DNA of 64,000 nucleotides from Halorutilales archaeon Cl-col2-1 (lineage in GTDB: Archaea > Halobacteriota > Halobacteria > Halobacteriales > Afararchaeaceae), in assembly GCA_041891055.1 (NCBI GenBank), contig CP169074.1, forward strand, positions 1,248,001 through 1,312,000, in the 5' to 3' direction. Under the pieces are notes generated by a model. It had not been told where the DNA came from. It did not search any database and saw only the letters and a program-made list of their open reading frames with translations. Position numbers and translations under genes: made by a program. Positions 10,097 to 20,444 of the stretch are shown one piece after another (the stretch's first letter is position 1; each line of letters opens with the position of its first letter).

Positions 10097-11224
10097 TCAG
10101 GGGTTTTCGGGTCTGTCTCCCAAGGTCACCTCAACGGTCTTCTCGTCTCCGTCATGTACTACGGTTACCTCGACGGTTTCACCCGGACGTGTCTCAGTAG
10201 CGAGATGGCTAGCGAGATCCTCCGATGAGTCGACCCCCATCCCTCCGATTCCGACTATGACGTCTCCTCCGGTGGGCATCCTTCCGTCGGTACTGCTCGG
10301 CTCAAGGATGCCCTCAGAGGGCCCATCGTCGATTACGTCGACTACGAGTATGCCCCTCACGTCTTCGAGACCGTTGGCTTCGGCGACAGCAGGTGTCACG
10401 GGCATAGTCGATACGCCGAGGTACGAGTGGCTGTAGTCGCCGTCTTGTATGAGTTCGGGGACGACACGGCTCACCATCTCGGGCGATATTGCAAAGCCGA
10501 GATTGTCGCCCTGTTTGGCGCGGTTGACACCCACGACCTCCCCCTTGAGATTTACGAGAGGACCGCCGCTGTTACCCGGATTTATGGGAGTATCAGTCTG
10601 AACCGCGTCGGGGATTGCGAAGCCTCCTCTCGTCCTCATAGACCTGTCGAGTCCGCTGACTATGCCGTGTGTGACAGAAGCCTCGTAGCCGAGAGGGTTT
10701 CCGAGGGCGAGTACGACCTGCCCCCTCTTAGGATCGGAGGACGCAACTGGTAGTGGGTCGGCGTAGGTGGGAGGATCGTCGACTCTGAGTACGGCTAAGT
10801 CAGTGTAGACGTCGGTTCCGATAACCGTTGCCTCTCTCCAGTCGCCCTGATTGAATCTCACCCAAACATCCTCTGAGTCCTGTACGACGTGCTGGTTGGT
10901 GACTACGTGCCCCTCAGAGTCGTAGATGAATCCGGATCCCTGACCCGAGTTAGTCGACGCCGAAGAGCCGACACGTATCGAGACGACAGAGTCTATCGTA
11001 GAGTTGTAGACCGACGAGTAGACTTCCGACGGGCTTCCCGTGATATTTACTGAGACCGGAGTCCCGGGTCGCGTGTCGGCTCCGGCTCCCTCGGGCGACT
11101 CCGAAGTAGAAGCAGACGGAGACGGGTTCGGCGACTGGGGCGCTGCGGTGTTTACGACGCCGAATATGACGCCGAATATCACCACGACGGCGACAGCTCC
11201 GCCTATCTTCGATTTTGTACTCAT
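10097..11224 (-). CDS. HtrA/DegP-like serine protease with PDZ domain
   Basis: N-terminal TM segment; TNQHVV, TDLAVL, NPGNSGGPL catalytic triad; C-terminal PDZ. Confidence 0.93.
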   Translation of the reverse strand: MSTKSKIGGAVAVVVIFGVIFGVVNTAAPQSPNPSPSASTSESPEGAGADTRPGTPVSVNITGSPSEVYSSVYNSTIDSVVSIRVGSSASTNSGQGSGFIYDSEGHVVTNQHVVQDSEDVWVRFNQGDWREATVIGTDVYTDLAVLRVDDPPTYADPLPVASSDPKRGQVVLALGNPLGYEASVTHGIVSGLDRSMRTRGGFAIPDAVQTDTPINPGNSGGPLVNLKGEVVGVNRAKQGDNLGFAISPEMVSRVVPELIQDGDYSHSYLGVSTMPVTPAVAEANGLEDVRGILVVDVIDDGPSEGILEPSSTDGRMPTGGDVIVGIGGMGVDSSEDLASHLATETRPGETVEVTVVHDGDEKTVEVTLGDRPENP

Positions 11225-11273
11225 TTGCGTCTAAGTAGACGGCTTCGGAGAATAAGGCTGGTGGTAGATGAGT

Positions 11274-11825
11274 CTAAGCGTTCCCATCGGCGTCGGAGAA
11301 CTCGTGTCCACAGTTGGGACACGTATGTTTCTCGTCGGTCTCCTCACGCCGAAGCTCGCGGCTCGACTCGGCAATCTCCTTCATGGCGTCAGTTATGCGA
11401 TCCTCAGCTTCCTTCTCTCTGTCGACAGAGACGCGCGCGCCCTCGACTTCCAACAGGAAACGTGCGGTCTCGGTCGACTCATAGACTATGTCGTCTATCT
11501 CGTCGGGCTCGAAGAACTCCGACATAGCTCCGTAGAGGAAGGTAGCACCCGACTTACGCACCTTGTCCTCGAAAGAGTTTCTCGCCTCGTTTACCGCCTG
11601 TGGCGAGTAGGTGTCTGTCATGAAAGGGACAAGGTCGGGGAGGTTCTCGCCTATGAGTGTCATCTCGATCCCCGTCTCAGTCCTGAAGTCGGAACACAGA
11701 CGCGCTATTGCCCACTCGCGCGCCGTGATGTAGGTACGGTCTCTCAGGAACTCGTTTACCCTGTCATACTCCGACTCCTCGACCTTCTTGAAACGGTCGT
11801 ACTTGTCTATCTCGTCGGACTCCAT
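11274..11825 (-). CDS. Conserved archaeal protein (DUF5806-like) with C-terminal Zn ribbon
   Basis: FLRDRTYITAREWAIARLCSDFRT conserved block; CPNC at the C-terminus. Confidence 0.75.
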   Translation of the reverse strand: MESDEIDKYDRFKKVEESEYDRVNEFLRDRTYITAREWAIARLCSDFRTETGIEMTLIGENLPDLVPFMTDTYSPQAVNEARNSFEDKVRKSGATFLYGAMSEFFEPDEIDDIVYESTETARFLLEVEGARVSVDREKEAEDRITDAMKEIAESSRELRREETDEKHTCPNCGHEFSDADGNA

Positions 11826-11876
11826 TGGGATAGTTTAGTCAGTCTTTCAACTTAAAGACCTGCGCTGGGTGTCGTC

Positions 11877-13484
11877 TCAGACGTCTTCGGCTTCGAGACT
11901 GTGTCTGTGTAGCTCAACGGGTATACCGCCGGCTTCGAGTAGCCGACTGTGGAAGTCCCGCGTGCTGAAGTCGGTCTCGTCGGCGAGGTCTGAGAGAAGT
12001 CTCTTACCGACCGTGAAGGAGACGCCGTTTCCGGGGTTACGGCTGTAGGCGACCGCCTCTGACCACGCAGCCTCGGGCTCGAAGCCCGCCTCTTCGACGA
12101 GGTAGTCGGCGGCTTCGTCGACTGTCATCTCTCCTCTGCTGAGTCTCATGTCGACTACGGCACGGCATGCGTTTCTGATCCTCTTCTCTGCCGAGACGAG
12201 ACGTAGACCCTCGGCAGTCGCTCCCGTATCGAGTTCGTCGACGAAACCCGACTCTATCGCAGTCTGTGCGGTGTATCCCCTCCATCCCTCTACGAAGTCG
12301 TCGCCGAAGCTGTTGAATCTCCCCGCGAGGCTGTTGACGCGCGACGGACTGAGACACGAGTAGACCTGCTGGAGATGGTGTCCGGGGAAGACGTCCGAGA
12401 AGACGGTGTACGCAATCTCGGAGACGTTGTGAAACCTGAGCATCTCGGAATCTGCGGGTGGTGAGACGTAGTAGACTGCGTCCTTCTCGCCAAGGGGGGT
12501 GGGCTCTACGTAGCCAGAGTCACCTATGAGTGGACGGAGACGTTCGGGGGTCTCAGATATACGGAGGCTCGACTCGGGGACGTCAGCGAAGTCACCGTCT
12601 GTGAGACGGTACGCGGCGTCGGCAGTTCGTCTGTACTCGTCTATGACTCCGTCAAAGGTCTCGGGATGGTCGGACTCAACCGACTCTATAGCCTCGTCGA
12701 AGGATGGCGCGTCAATCTTCGAGACAGCGTCTCTCAGATCCTCGTCCGCCGCGTCAATCTCCGACTCAGCTATCTCGATGACCTCCGAACTCGGCGGCAG
12801 GTAACGGAGTTCGAGGAGACGGTCGAGTTTTTCCTCGCCGACCGGGTCGTAGCTACGCGTGTCGAGCGACTCTAGCCAGTCACGGTAGTCGTCGACAGCG
12901 TCGATGACGTCCTGTGAGTTCGCACTTATCCTGTAGGCGACGTCCTGTCTCTCTATGTCGCCAGCGTGGTCTGCTATAAGCTGTAGGAGACCCGGAATCT
13001 CAGCACACGCCTCTATCTCGGATTCGACCCACTCGTCGACGGGATCGGTCAGACGGCTCTTTGTCTCTTCTATGTAGTCGGGACAGTCTTCGAGACGGTC
13101 GGCTATTCTCTCGAGACGTTCCTCGAAGGGAGCGAAGTCACGTACGAAGAGGGGGTAGATCAACGAGACCACGCCGTCAACCGCCTGTGGGTCGGACTCC
13201 CAGAGACGTAGCTCGTCCATCTCGTAGAGGTCGTATTCGAGACTCGAAACAGCCGCCTGTTTGCTCACTGTGTCTTCGTCTAAGCCCCTGAGTTCTTCGA
13301 GGACGTCCTTGGCGTCTTCTATCTCTTCCACTACGGATTCGCGGCTTCCGTCGGGGACGTCGGAGTCGTAGTCGTGGACGCCTAAGACTGTCGCCATGTG
13401 GGGGTTGCGTTCGAGTACACGGTCGAAGTAGTCGGAGACCACGGCTTCGGTCTCTGTCTGTGTCTGATCGTCTGTGTCTGTCAT
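11877..13484 (-). CDS. DUF885 family protein
   Basis: PHMATVLGVHDYD, FPGHHLQ, FVEGW, RACRAVVD pattern; 535 aa. Confidence 0.8.
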   Translation of the reverse strand: MTDTDDQTQTETEAVVSDYFDRVLERNPHMATVLGVHDYDSDVPDGSRESVVEEIEDAKDVLEELRGLDEDTVSKQAAVSSLEYDLYEMDELRLWESDPQAVDGVVSLIYPLFVRDFAPFEERLERIADRLEDCPDYIEETKSRLTDPVDEWVESEIEACAEIPGLLQLIADHAGDIERQDVAYRISANSQDVIDAVDDYRDWLESLDTRSYDPVGEEKLDRLLELRYLPPSSEVIEIAESEIDAADEDLRDAVSKIDAPSFDEAIESVESDHPETFDGVIDEYRRTADAAYRLTDGDFADVPESSLRISETPERLRPLIGDSGYVEPTPLGEKDAVYYVSPPADSEMLRFHNVSEIAYTVFSDVFPGHHLQQVYSCLSPSRVNSLAGRFNSFGDDFVEGWRGYTAQTAIESGFVDELDTGATAEGLRLVSAEKRIRNACRAVVDMRLSRGEMTVDEAADYLVEEAGFEPEAAWSEAVAYSRNPGNGVSFTVGKRLLSDLADETDFSTRDFHSRLLEAGGIPVELHRHSLEAEDV

Positions 13485-13528
13485 TGAAGTAGAGTCGGGA
13501 CGCGGCGACTTGTAAACTGTGTCTATAT

Positions 13529-14698
13529 CTACGTCTGTGGCAGATCGCCGCGGACGACATAAGGACCGACTACACGCACGAACTGTGAGGTCACGACGAG
13601 TAAGATCGGGCCTAAGAAGATGCCGTAAAATCCGAAGACTGCGGGTCCGAGTATGTAAGCGAACATTAGGAGACCCATGTGAGTGTGCTTGCCGCTGACG
13701 TAGGGTCTCACGAGGAAGTCGGGCACGAGGTCAACGACGACGAGTGTGACGGCGACGAAGACCGCGACGAAGACGAGGGTCTCAGCCCCGGCGGTTAGGT
13801 ATCCCATCGCCCCCATGTAGGCTGCGACAGGAAGGTAGACTATCTTCATCCCCACGACGGGTATCAGGCTTCCCGCGCCCGTGAGAGCACCTACGAGAGC
13901 CGGATACGGAACCTCGACCGCCTCAGGTGCGACGTAGTTGTAGGCGTAGAAGATCCCTATTCCGATTATGGCTGTCACGAAGGCGTTGAGTATGTTTCCG
14001 AAGAGTATCGACGAGAGTTCACGGTCGACGGCGTCGGCGTAAGTCTCGACTATCCCCGTCGAGTCGTACTCCTCAAGTATCCACATCCTAAGACGGCTGC
14101 CGTCGGCTAGTAGGTAGTAGGTTCCCGAGAAAACTAGGAAACTCCTGAGAAGGACACCTCCGGCAGCCGTGACCGTCTCAGATATGCTCTCGGAGGCTGT
14201 GGTCAGCCATCTACGAACCGAGTCGTCGTTGGCGAGTTCACGTAGCTCCGAGACTGTCAGACCACGTATACTGTCGAGGGTGAGAGGGGGCGAGTCGGTA
14301 GGTGTCGGAAGTACACCAATGTCAGGGACATAACCCTCTCCGAGAGCATCACGTATCTCGGGCACTAAGAGCGAGACTGTGTATCCTAAGAGAGCGACGA
14401 AGGGTATCAGAAATATGAGTATCGTAGCCGCGGCTCTGAGTCTCGACTGGTATGGGAACGAGATGTCCTCGAGAAAACGGTGGTCGGAGAGTGACTTCAG
14501 GCTCTTGTGTATCGGACGGCTCGCATAGTAGAGAAAGACGGTAAAGACGGCTGTCGCGGCAAACTGTGTGACCACGTATGTGACAGTCCCGAGTAAGAGA
14601 ATGAGGAGTACGCCGAATCCGACGCGTCGGAGCAGGTCGGCTCTTAGTCTCGTTTTCTGACCTCCGTCTTCACCTTCGTTAACGTCGGACTGGGACAT
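13529..14698 (-). CDS. AI-2E family transporter
   Basis: Multiple TM segments; SLIPVVG, LVRPYVSG, GPAVFGFYGIFLGP. Confidence 0.88.
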   Translation of the reverse strand: MSQSDVNEGEDGGQKTRLRADLLRRVGFGVLLILLLGTVTYVVTQFAATAVFTVFLYYASRPIHKSLKSLSDHRFLEDISFPYQSRLRAAATILIFLIPFVALLGYTVSLLVPEIRDALGEGYVPDIGVLPTPTDSPPLTLDSIRGLTVSELRELANDDSVRRWLTTASESISETVTAAGGVLLRSFLVFSGTYYLLADGSRLRMWILEEYDSTGIVETYADAVDRELSSILFGNILNAFVTAIIGIGIFYAYNYVAPEAVEVPYPALVGALTGAGSLIPVVGMKIVYLPVAAYMGAMGYLTAGAETLVFVAVFVAVTLVVVDLVPDFLVRPYVSGKHTHMGLLMFAYILGPAVFGFYGIFLGPILLVVTSQFVRVVGPYVVRGDLPQT

Positions 14699-14762
14699 CC
14701 TGTCTAGGCATTACGGAGACAGAACATAAATGTCAGGACAGTTCCTCGGGGTCGACATTCGA

Positions 14763-14850
14763 AGAGCTTTGCTCTCGTTGGCTCAGAAATCAAAGATTTC
14801 TGAACGTATGCAAATCGAAGATTTGCTTGCACACTAATCAGAGATTAGCG
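14763..14850. repeat. Array of four triloop mini-hairpins (REP-like)
   Basis: AGAGC-TTT-GCTCT, TCAGAAATC-AAA-GATTTCTGA, GCAAATC-GAA-GATTTGC, CTAATC-AGA-GATTAG. Near-identical to 29796-29858. Confidence 0.9.
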
Positions 14851-15681
14851 GATTTCGTGGTTCCTTATGTAATGGAAGATGTAGTTCTGAGCATAACCGG
14901 CGTACTCTCCGAAGTAGTCGCGGAAGTTCTCCGACGTCTCGGAGTAGCTCGACCCCGCTAAGTCGGGATAGTAGGTCTCTATAGCCTCGTCTATCCACGT
15001 GTCTATCGGAACCGCCTCGTTGAAGCCGAGCGAGAAGAGGAGTATACAGTCGGCGACCTTGTCTCCGACGCCCATGAGACGTTTGACCTCGTCGTGTGCG
15101 TCGACGTACTCCATCCGCCTCACCTCGTCGGGGTCGACCTCTCCGTCTGCGACCATACGCGCCGTCTTGACGACATACGGGGCTCTGTACCCCAGACCTA
15201 TCTCTCTGAGCTCTTCCTCTCCCGCCTCGGCGAGAGTCTCGGGTGACGGGAAGACATAGGCGTCGTAACCCTCGATAGGCTCACCGTACCTTCGTCTGAT
15301 CTCGTCGACGAGACTCTTTATGCGCGGTATCCTGTTCTGCGCGCTGATTATGAAAGAGACAGTACACGCGAAGAATTCGTCGTTGACGACTCTGAGACCC
15401 GGGTACTCGTCGATACCGCGTGTCACGAGTTCGTCGTGTGAGATCTCGTCGTGTATCTCGTCGAGTGGGTCGTCTAAGCCGAGGAGACGTCTGACGGCTT
15501 TCTCGGAGGCTCCCGTGGTCTCGTACCGAACGCCTTCCTCGTGGTCGTCCTGATAGACCCTCACTCCCTCTCCCTCGACTGCTGTCGAGAATCCGTCGCC
15601 GTCAGTTTGACGTCTCCAGACAAAGGTCTGTCCCGACTCAAGCGTTTCAACGAGGTCGATACGTGTCTCGATCTCTCTCAT
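14845..15681 (-). CDS. ogg: 8-oxoguanine DNA glycosylase (HhH-GPD)
   Basis: TLESGQTF N-terminus, SFIISAQN, GLGYRA, LMGVGDKVADC, PIDTW, YAGYAQ. Confidence 0.88.
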   Translation of the reverse strand: MREIETRIDLVETLESGQTFVWRRQTDGDGFSTAVEGEGVRVYQDDHEEGVRYETTGASEKAVRRLLGLDDPLDEIHDEISHDELVTRGIDEYPGLRVVNDEFFACTVSFIISAQNRIPRIKSLVDEIRRRYGEPIEGYDAYVFPSPETLAEAGEEELREIGLGYRAPYVVKTARMVADGEVDPDEVRRMEYVDAHDEVKRLMGVGDKVADCILLFSLGFNEAVPIDTWIDEAIETYYPDLAGSSYSETSENFRDYFGEYAGYAQNYIFHYIRNHEIR

Positions 15682-16004
15682 ATCTGTATGCTCCCGACAC
15701 AGTCGTCGATGCTACGTCTGACTTCGTCGTACTCACGTAACATCGTCTTCCCGTCGTCGGTCAGAGACGCACCCCCACCCTCGCTCCCGCCTCTTTTCCG
15801 CTCGACGAGTGTCGTCCCGAGCCGCTCCTCGACTGTCTGTATCTTGTCGAGAGCGTACCTGTAGCTCATCTCAGTGTTCTCGGCTGCCTCCGAGACTGTT
15901 CCCGTCTCGTCTATCTCCTGAAGGAGAGCCATAGTCCCCTCACCGAAGACGTAGTCCCCGTCGTCGTCGGTGAACCAGAGCTTGAACTCGGGATATATCT
16001 CCAT
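15678..16004 (-). CDS. ModE-like winged-helix regulator
   Basis: FGEG...LLQEIDETGTVSEAA..MSYRYA...RGGSEGGGASLT. Confidence 0.85.
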   Translation of the reverse strand: MEIYPEFKLWFTDDDGDYVFGEGTMALLQEIDETGTVSEAAENTEMSYRYALDKIQTVEERLGTTLVERKRGGSEGGGASLTDDGKTMLREYDEVRRSIDDCVGSIQI

Positions 16005-16061
16005 ACGGATACGTCGTGCGCGCCGGGTTAATAGATATGGTGCTCTCGCTGTTGTTATGGA

Positions 16062-16934
16062 CTACTCAGTCTTCGGGGTCGTCTTAGCCCCCGACGGCGG
16101 AACGATTAGGACATTACTCGTTGACTTCTCTGCTACGCTCTCAGTCACACTTCCGAGGAGAAGACGTCTTATCCTGCTGAGACCACGTGATCCCATCAGA
16201 ACGAGCGACGGATCCCAGTCGTCTTCCTCAGCAAGTATCTCCTCGACAGCGTTGCCCTCACGAACGTTCGTCTCTACGTCTATGTCATCCTTCAGATCCT
16301 CAAGCTCGCCGCGGAGATCCTCAAGTGTCTGCTTAGCTCCCTCTTCCCCTCCTACGACGTCCTCCTCTCCCGTGAGGACGTGGAGGAGGTCGACTTCCTG
16401 TACCGACTCCTGTATATCCTGGAACTCGTTGTACGCTCTCTGTGCGTTCTCGGAGAAGTCGGTAGGATGTAGAACGCGTGAGAAGATAGCCTTCTCGGCG
16501 ACCTTGACCTCGCCCTCCTCGTGTCCGGTTATACGCTGTATCAGAAGGGGACGAGACGCGGTTCTCGCCATGTTCTTCGCTGTGCTCCCTATGAGGGTAC
16601 GCTGTATACGTCCACGTCCCTTTGAGCCGACTATGATCATGTCGGCATCGACCTCCTTCGCGAGATCGTTTATACGTCTGTACGGCGTGCCTCTCACGAC
16701 GTGGGACTCGACTTCGAATCCCTCGTCTTCAAGAACTCCCTTCTGACCGTCGAGTAGCTCCTGCTTCGGGCTTTCGAGGTCGAAAGGCGCAATACCCGAC
16801 CTCATCGAGACATTTATGACATGGATTAGATGTATCTTGTCGACGCCGACTCTCTTAAGACAGTCGAGACACGTCTGTGACTTTACCGCCGCCTCTGTCG
16901 GCTCTGACAGATCTGTCGCGTATACGACTTCCAT
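16062..16934 (-). CDS. Universal stress protein (two USP domains)
   Basis: ATDLS, GSKGRG..LIGSTA, PTDFS, GSRG..LLGSVT; likely start MEVVY at 16934. Confidence 0.9.
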   Translation of the reverse strand: MEVVYATDLSEPTEAAVKSQTCLDCLKRVGVDKIHLIHVINVSMRSGIAPFDLESPKQELLDGQKGVLEDEGFEVESHVVRGTPYRRINDLAKEVDADMIIVGSKGRGRIQRTLIGSTAKNMARTASRPLLIQRITGHEEGEVKVAEKAIFSRVLHPTDFSENAQRAYNEFQDIQESVQEVDLLHVLTGEEDVVGGEEGAKQTLEDLRGELEDLKDDIDVETNVREGNAVEEILAEEDDWDPSLVLMGSRGLSRIRRLLLGSVTESVAEKSTSNVLIVPPSGAKTTPKTE

Positions 16935-16990
16935 GGACTTGGGTACTCGTTCATACGGTTTATAATCTAGGGTGGCGGCAGACACCGAAG

Positions 16991-19525
16991 CTACCGCCTC
17001 AGCCAGCCGAGGAACGAGTAGTCAGTGTGGGGGTCGTAACGCCTAAATAGAAGACTGTTCGAGAGAACCGAGACGCTCGAAAACGCCATAGCCCCCGCGG
17101 CGAGGACGGGCTGGAGAAGGCCGAGGGACGCGAGGGGTATCATCGCCGTGTTGTATCCGAGCGCCCAGAAGAGGTTCTGTCTGATCTTCGAGAGTGTAGC
17201 TTCTGAGACACGGAGAGCCTTGACGACGTCGAGGGGGTCGTCTCTCATGAGTGTTATGTCGCCCGCCTCTATCGCGACGTCGGTTCCGCTTCCTATCGCA
17301 GTCCCGACGTAGGCAGCAGCGAGAGCAGGGGCGTCGTTGACACCGTCGCCGACCATCATAACACGTCTACCGTCGGACTGTATCTCCGAGACGACCTCTT
17401 CCTTCTCGTCGGGGAGTACGTCGGCGTGGACGTCGTCGGTATCTATGCCGACCTCGTCGGCGACGGCGTGTGCAGTACGTGGGTTGTCGCCCGTGATCAT
17501 CATGACGTCGAGATCTCTCTCAAGCAGACTCTCTACGGCTTCCTTCGAGGACTCCTTGACTGTGTCGGAGACTCCGACGACACCTATGAGGCGTCCTTCG
17601 AGGGCAACCATGACCGCAGTCTTGCCCTCATTTTCGAGCCTCTCGGCGGTCTCTTCTCCGGCGGAGACATCTATCCCGTTGTTCTCCATATGTCTCCTGT
17701 TTCCGAGGACTACCTCGCCCTCGTTGGTCTCGGCGTGGAGACCGTGTCCGGGGACGTTCTCGAAGCTCTCGGGTTCGTCGAACTCGACACCTCTGTCCTC
17801 GGCACCCTCGACGACCGCGCGTCCTATGGGATGTTCACTACCTGTCTCCGCGGTCGCGGCGAGTCGGACGACGTCTTCGTCGTCGTACTCGTCGACGACC
17901 TCCAAGCCGCCGTCTCCCACCGCGGAAGAGTCCGAGACGGGAACTACGTCGGTCAGACTCATCTCTCCCCGAGTGAGAGTCCCTGTCTTGTCGAAGACTA
18001 CTGTGTCGACGTCTTTGGCTCTCTCCAAGACGTCACCGCCTTTGAAGAGGACGCCGTTCCTCGCTCCTATTCCCGTCCCAACCATAGTCGCCGCGGGGGT
18101 CGCGAGACCGAGTGCGCACGGACATGCTATCAGGACTGCGGAGGCGAAGACTATCACGGCGAACTCGAAGACAGAGACTGCGGCGGGTCCACCGCCGACG
18201 AGTCCCCAGAGAGGAAGCGCGGCGACGAAGCCCGCAAGTGTTTCGGGGAAGACGTACCACGCCGTACCCCAGATGACCGCGTTGAGTATCACTATGGGAA
18301 CGAAGTAGGCACTTATCCTGTCGGCGACGTTCTGTATCTCGGGCTGTCTCGACTGGGCTTCCTTCACGGTCGAGACTATCTGCTGAATAGCGGTGTCGTC
18401 CCCGACCTTAGTCGCCTCGACTCTCAGGACACCGTTCTTGTTGACGGTCGATCCCACGACATCGTCGCCCTCCGACTTCTCGACGGGAACCGACTCACCC
18501 GTTACCATCGCCTCGTCAACTGCGCTCTTGCCCTCGATCACGGTTCCGTCGGTAGGTATCTTCTCACCCGGACGTACTTTCATCACGTCGCCGACCTCGA
18601 CCTCATCGAGAGGAACCTCGGTTTCGTCTCCGCCTCTCACGACAGTCGCGGTGTCAGCTTCGAGTTCGAGGAGGCTTCTGAGGGCGTCACCCGCCTGTCT
18701 CTTAGCTCTAGCTTCGAGGTAGTTTCCGAGTGTGATGAAGACGAGTATGAGAGCGGCAGTGTCGAAGTATAGGCCGCCCGTGATGAGGTCGAGAAGTACG
18801 GCTATGGAGTAGAAGTAGGCTGTCGAGGAGCCGAGTGCAATCAGGACGTCCATGTTCGCAGTCCTGTTCCTCACGAGGGCGTTGTACGAGTTGACGTAGA
18901 ACTCCTTTCCGAGGACAGCCTGGACGGGGGTGGCGAGTCCGAAGGCTATCCAGCCCGTCGGAATGCCGAGGACTGTCTCAGGGAGACCCACTGAGAGTTC
19001 GACGACGAGCATGAGTAGGAGGGGCACAGCGAACGACGCGCCGAAGAGAACGAGTCTGAGCTTTCTCTCGACCTCGGCGGTCTGTGATCCGTTCTCGTCG
19101 GTGCCATCGCCGTCGGATCTCACGGGTTCGTACCCTGCCTTCTCGACCGCGTCGTATACCTCGTCGACGCCGGCGTCCATGGGGTTATACTCGACTCTCG
19201 CCTCGTCGGTGGCGTAGTTGACGTCGATGTCTATGACTCCCGAGACGTCACCCACAGACTCCTCGACAGTCTCAGCACAGTTGGCACACGACATCCCGCG
19301 TATATCGACGGTTCGCGTCCGTCTAACGGGGTCGTAGCCCGCCCTTTCGACTGCGTCGTAGATCTCAGAGAGGGTGACCTTCTCGGGGTCGTACTCGACT
19401 GTCCCCTCGTCGGTGGCGTAATTTATGTTGGCGTCGTCGATCCCGTCAAGTGAGGAGATCCCCTCTGCGACTGCCTGTGAACAGTTGGCACAGCTCATGC
19501 CCTCGATACGGAGATTAGCCTTCAT
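16991..19525 (-). CDS. copA: Cu(I)-translocating P1B-type ATPase
   Basis: Two GMSCANC HMA domains; TGES, CPCALG, DKTGT, GDGVND, YN and MAFSS motifs. Confidence 0.96.
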   Translation of the reverse strand: MKANLRIEGMSCANCSQAVAEGISSLDGIDDANINYATDEGTVEYDPEKVTLSEIYDAVERAGYDPVRRTRTVDIRGMSCANCAETVEESVGDVSGVIDIDVNYATDEARVEYNPMDAGVDEVYDAVEKAGYEPVRSDGDGTDENGSQTAEVERKLRLVLFGASFAVPLLLMLVVELSVGLPETVLGIPTGWIAFGLATPVQAVLGKEFYVNSYNALVRNRTANMDVLIALGSSTAYFYSIAVLLDLITGGLYFDTAALILVFITLGNYLEARAKRQAGDALRSLLELEADTATVVRGGDETEVPLDEVEVGDVMKVRPGEKIPTDGTVIEGKSAVDEAMVTGESVPVEKSEGDDVVGSTVNKNGVLRVEATKVGDDTAIQQIVSTVKEAQSRQPEIQNVADRISAYFVPIVILNAVIWGTAWYVFPETLAGFVAALPLWGLVGGGPAAVSVFEFAVIVFASAVLIACPCALGLATPAATMVGTGIGARNGVLFKGGDVLERAKDVDTVVFDKTGTLTRGEMSLTDVVPVSDSSAVGDGGLEVVDEYDDEDVVRLAATAETGSEHPIGRAVVEGAEDRGVEFDEPESFENVPGHGLHAETNEGEVVLGNRRHMENNGIDVSAGEETAERLENEGKTAVMVALEGRLIGVVGVSDTVKESSKEAVESLLERDLDVMMITGDNPRTAHAVADEVGIDTDDVHADVLPDEKEEVVSEIQSDGRRVMMVGDGVNDAPALAAAYVGTAIGSGTDVAIEAGDITLMRDDPLDVVKALRVSEATLSKIRQNLFWALGYNTAMIPLASLGLLQPVLAAGAMAFSSVSVLSNSLLFRRYDPHTDYSFLGWLRR

Positions 19526-19609
19526 ACTCTGAGTACGTGACTCAGATTCAACCGTCTTTCGGCTAAAAAAGTTAAGTAAAACCCGCTCCTAAGCACGGAT
19601 TCTTAGGTG

Positions 19610-20194
19610 TCAAGCTCCCTCTCTTAGCCTCTCGTACCTCTCCTCGAAGGATGACTCACACGATGGACAGCAGAAGTGGTAGGTATCGCCGTCTATCGTA
19701 ACCGACTCTCCCTCGGACGTCACCGTGTTGCCACATTCGTCACAGCTGAGTGCGAGGGTAGCGTCACCCACTCCGGGGCTCGAAGCCGTGTCGATCAGGA
19801 GGCTGACTTCGTAGTCCTCGATCCCCTCGACCGACGAGGCTATCTCGCTGACTCTCTCGGGACTCGTAGTCGCCGTGAAGACGACGCGTGAGTCGGCGGT
19901 CGTGTAGAGATCGTCTGTCTCGTCGAAAGCACGTAAGACGTCGGCAGCGTCACGTGTGTCGGCGTTGGCTTCGAGGTAGAGATCCACGAGCACACGCACC
20001 CCCTCGTCGAGGAGAGACCTATCGAGGTCGACTGTGAACCGTCTTACGACCCCTATCTCTTTCAGGCGGTCGATCCGGTCGGAGACCGCAGGAGGCGACA
20101 GGCCCACCTCGTCGGCAATCTCGCTGTAAGGACGTCTCGCGTCTTCTAAGAGTAGGTCGAGTATCTTCAGGTCGGTATCGTCTATGCCGCGCAT
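19610..20194 (-). CDS. Lrp/AsnC-type copper regulator with C-terminal TRASH domain (CopR-like)
   Basis: MRGIDDTDLKIL HTH (ATG 20194); CDECG...FCCPSC TRASH motif; sits between copZ and copA. Confidence 0.88.
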   Translation of the reverse strand: MRGIDDTDLKILDLLLEDARRPYSEIADEVGLSPPAVSDRIDRLKEIGVVRRFTVDLDRSLLDEGVRVLVDLYLEANADTRDAADVLRAFDETDDLYTTADSRVVFTATTSPERVSEIASSVEGIEDYEVSLLIDTASSPGVGDATLALSCDECGNTVTSEGESVTIDGDTYHFCCPSCESSFEERYERLREGA

Positions 20195-20213
20195 ACTGTG
20201 GCTTGGTCCGATC

Positions 20214-20408
20214 CTAAGCGACCTCGTACCCGGCTTCCCTGACAGCGCCCTCAACGGCTCCGAGATCAAAGTCGCCGTCTACCTCGACTACTCCGTCCTC
20301 GTGGTTAGCGGTGACATCGGTGACACCGTCGATATCACCCACGGATTCCTCGACGTTCTCCTCACATCCGTCACAAGCCATTCCCTCGACTGTAAGCTTC
20401 TGTACCAT
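20214..20408 (-). CDS. copZ: Copper chaperone (HMA domain)
   Basis: VEGMACDGC; 64 aa. Confidence 0.9.
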   Translation of the reverse strand: MVQKLTVEGMACDGCEENVEESVGDIDGVTDVTANHEDGVVEVDGDFDLGAVEGAVREAGYEVA

Positions 20409-20444
20409 ACTCCGGGTAAGGCTCGGTACCGGAAAACGGTTGTG

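Noticed and set aside
17337-18772. Long plus-strand ORFs of 323 and 448 aa
   Set aside because: Antisense shadows of copA, typical of GC-rich codon bias. The same applies to similar ORFs opposite other core genes.
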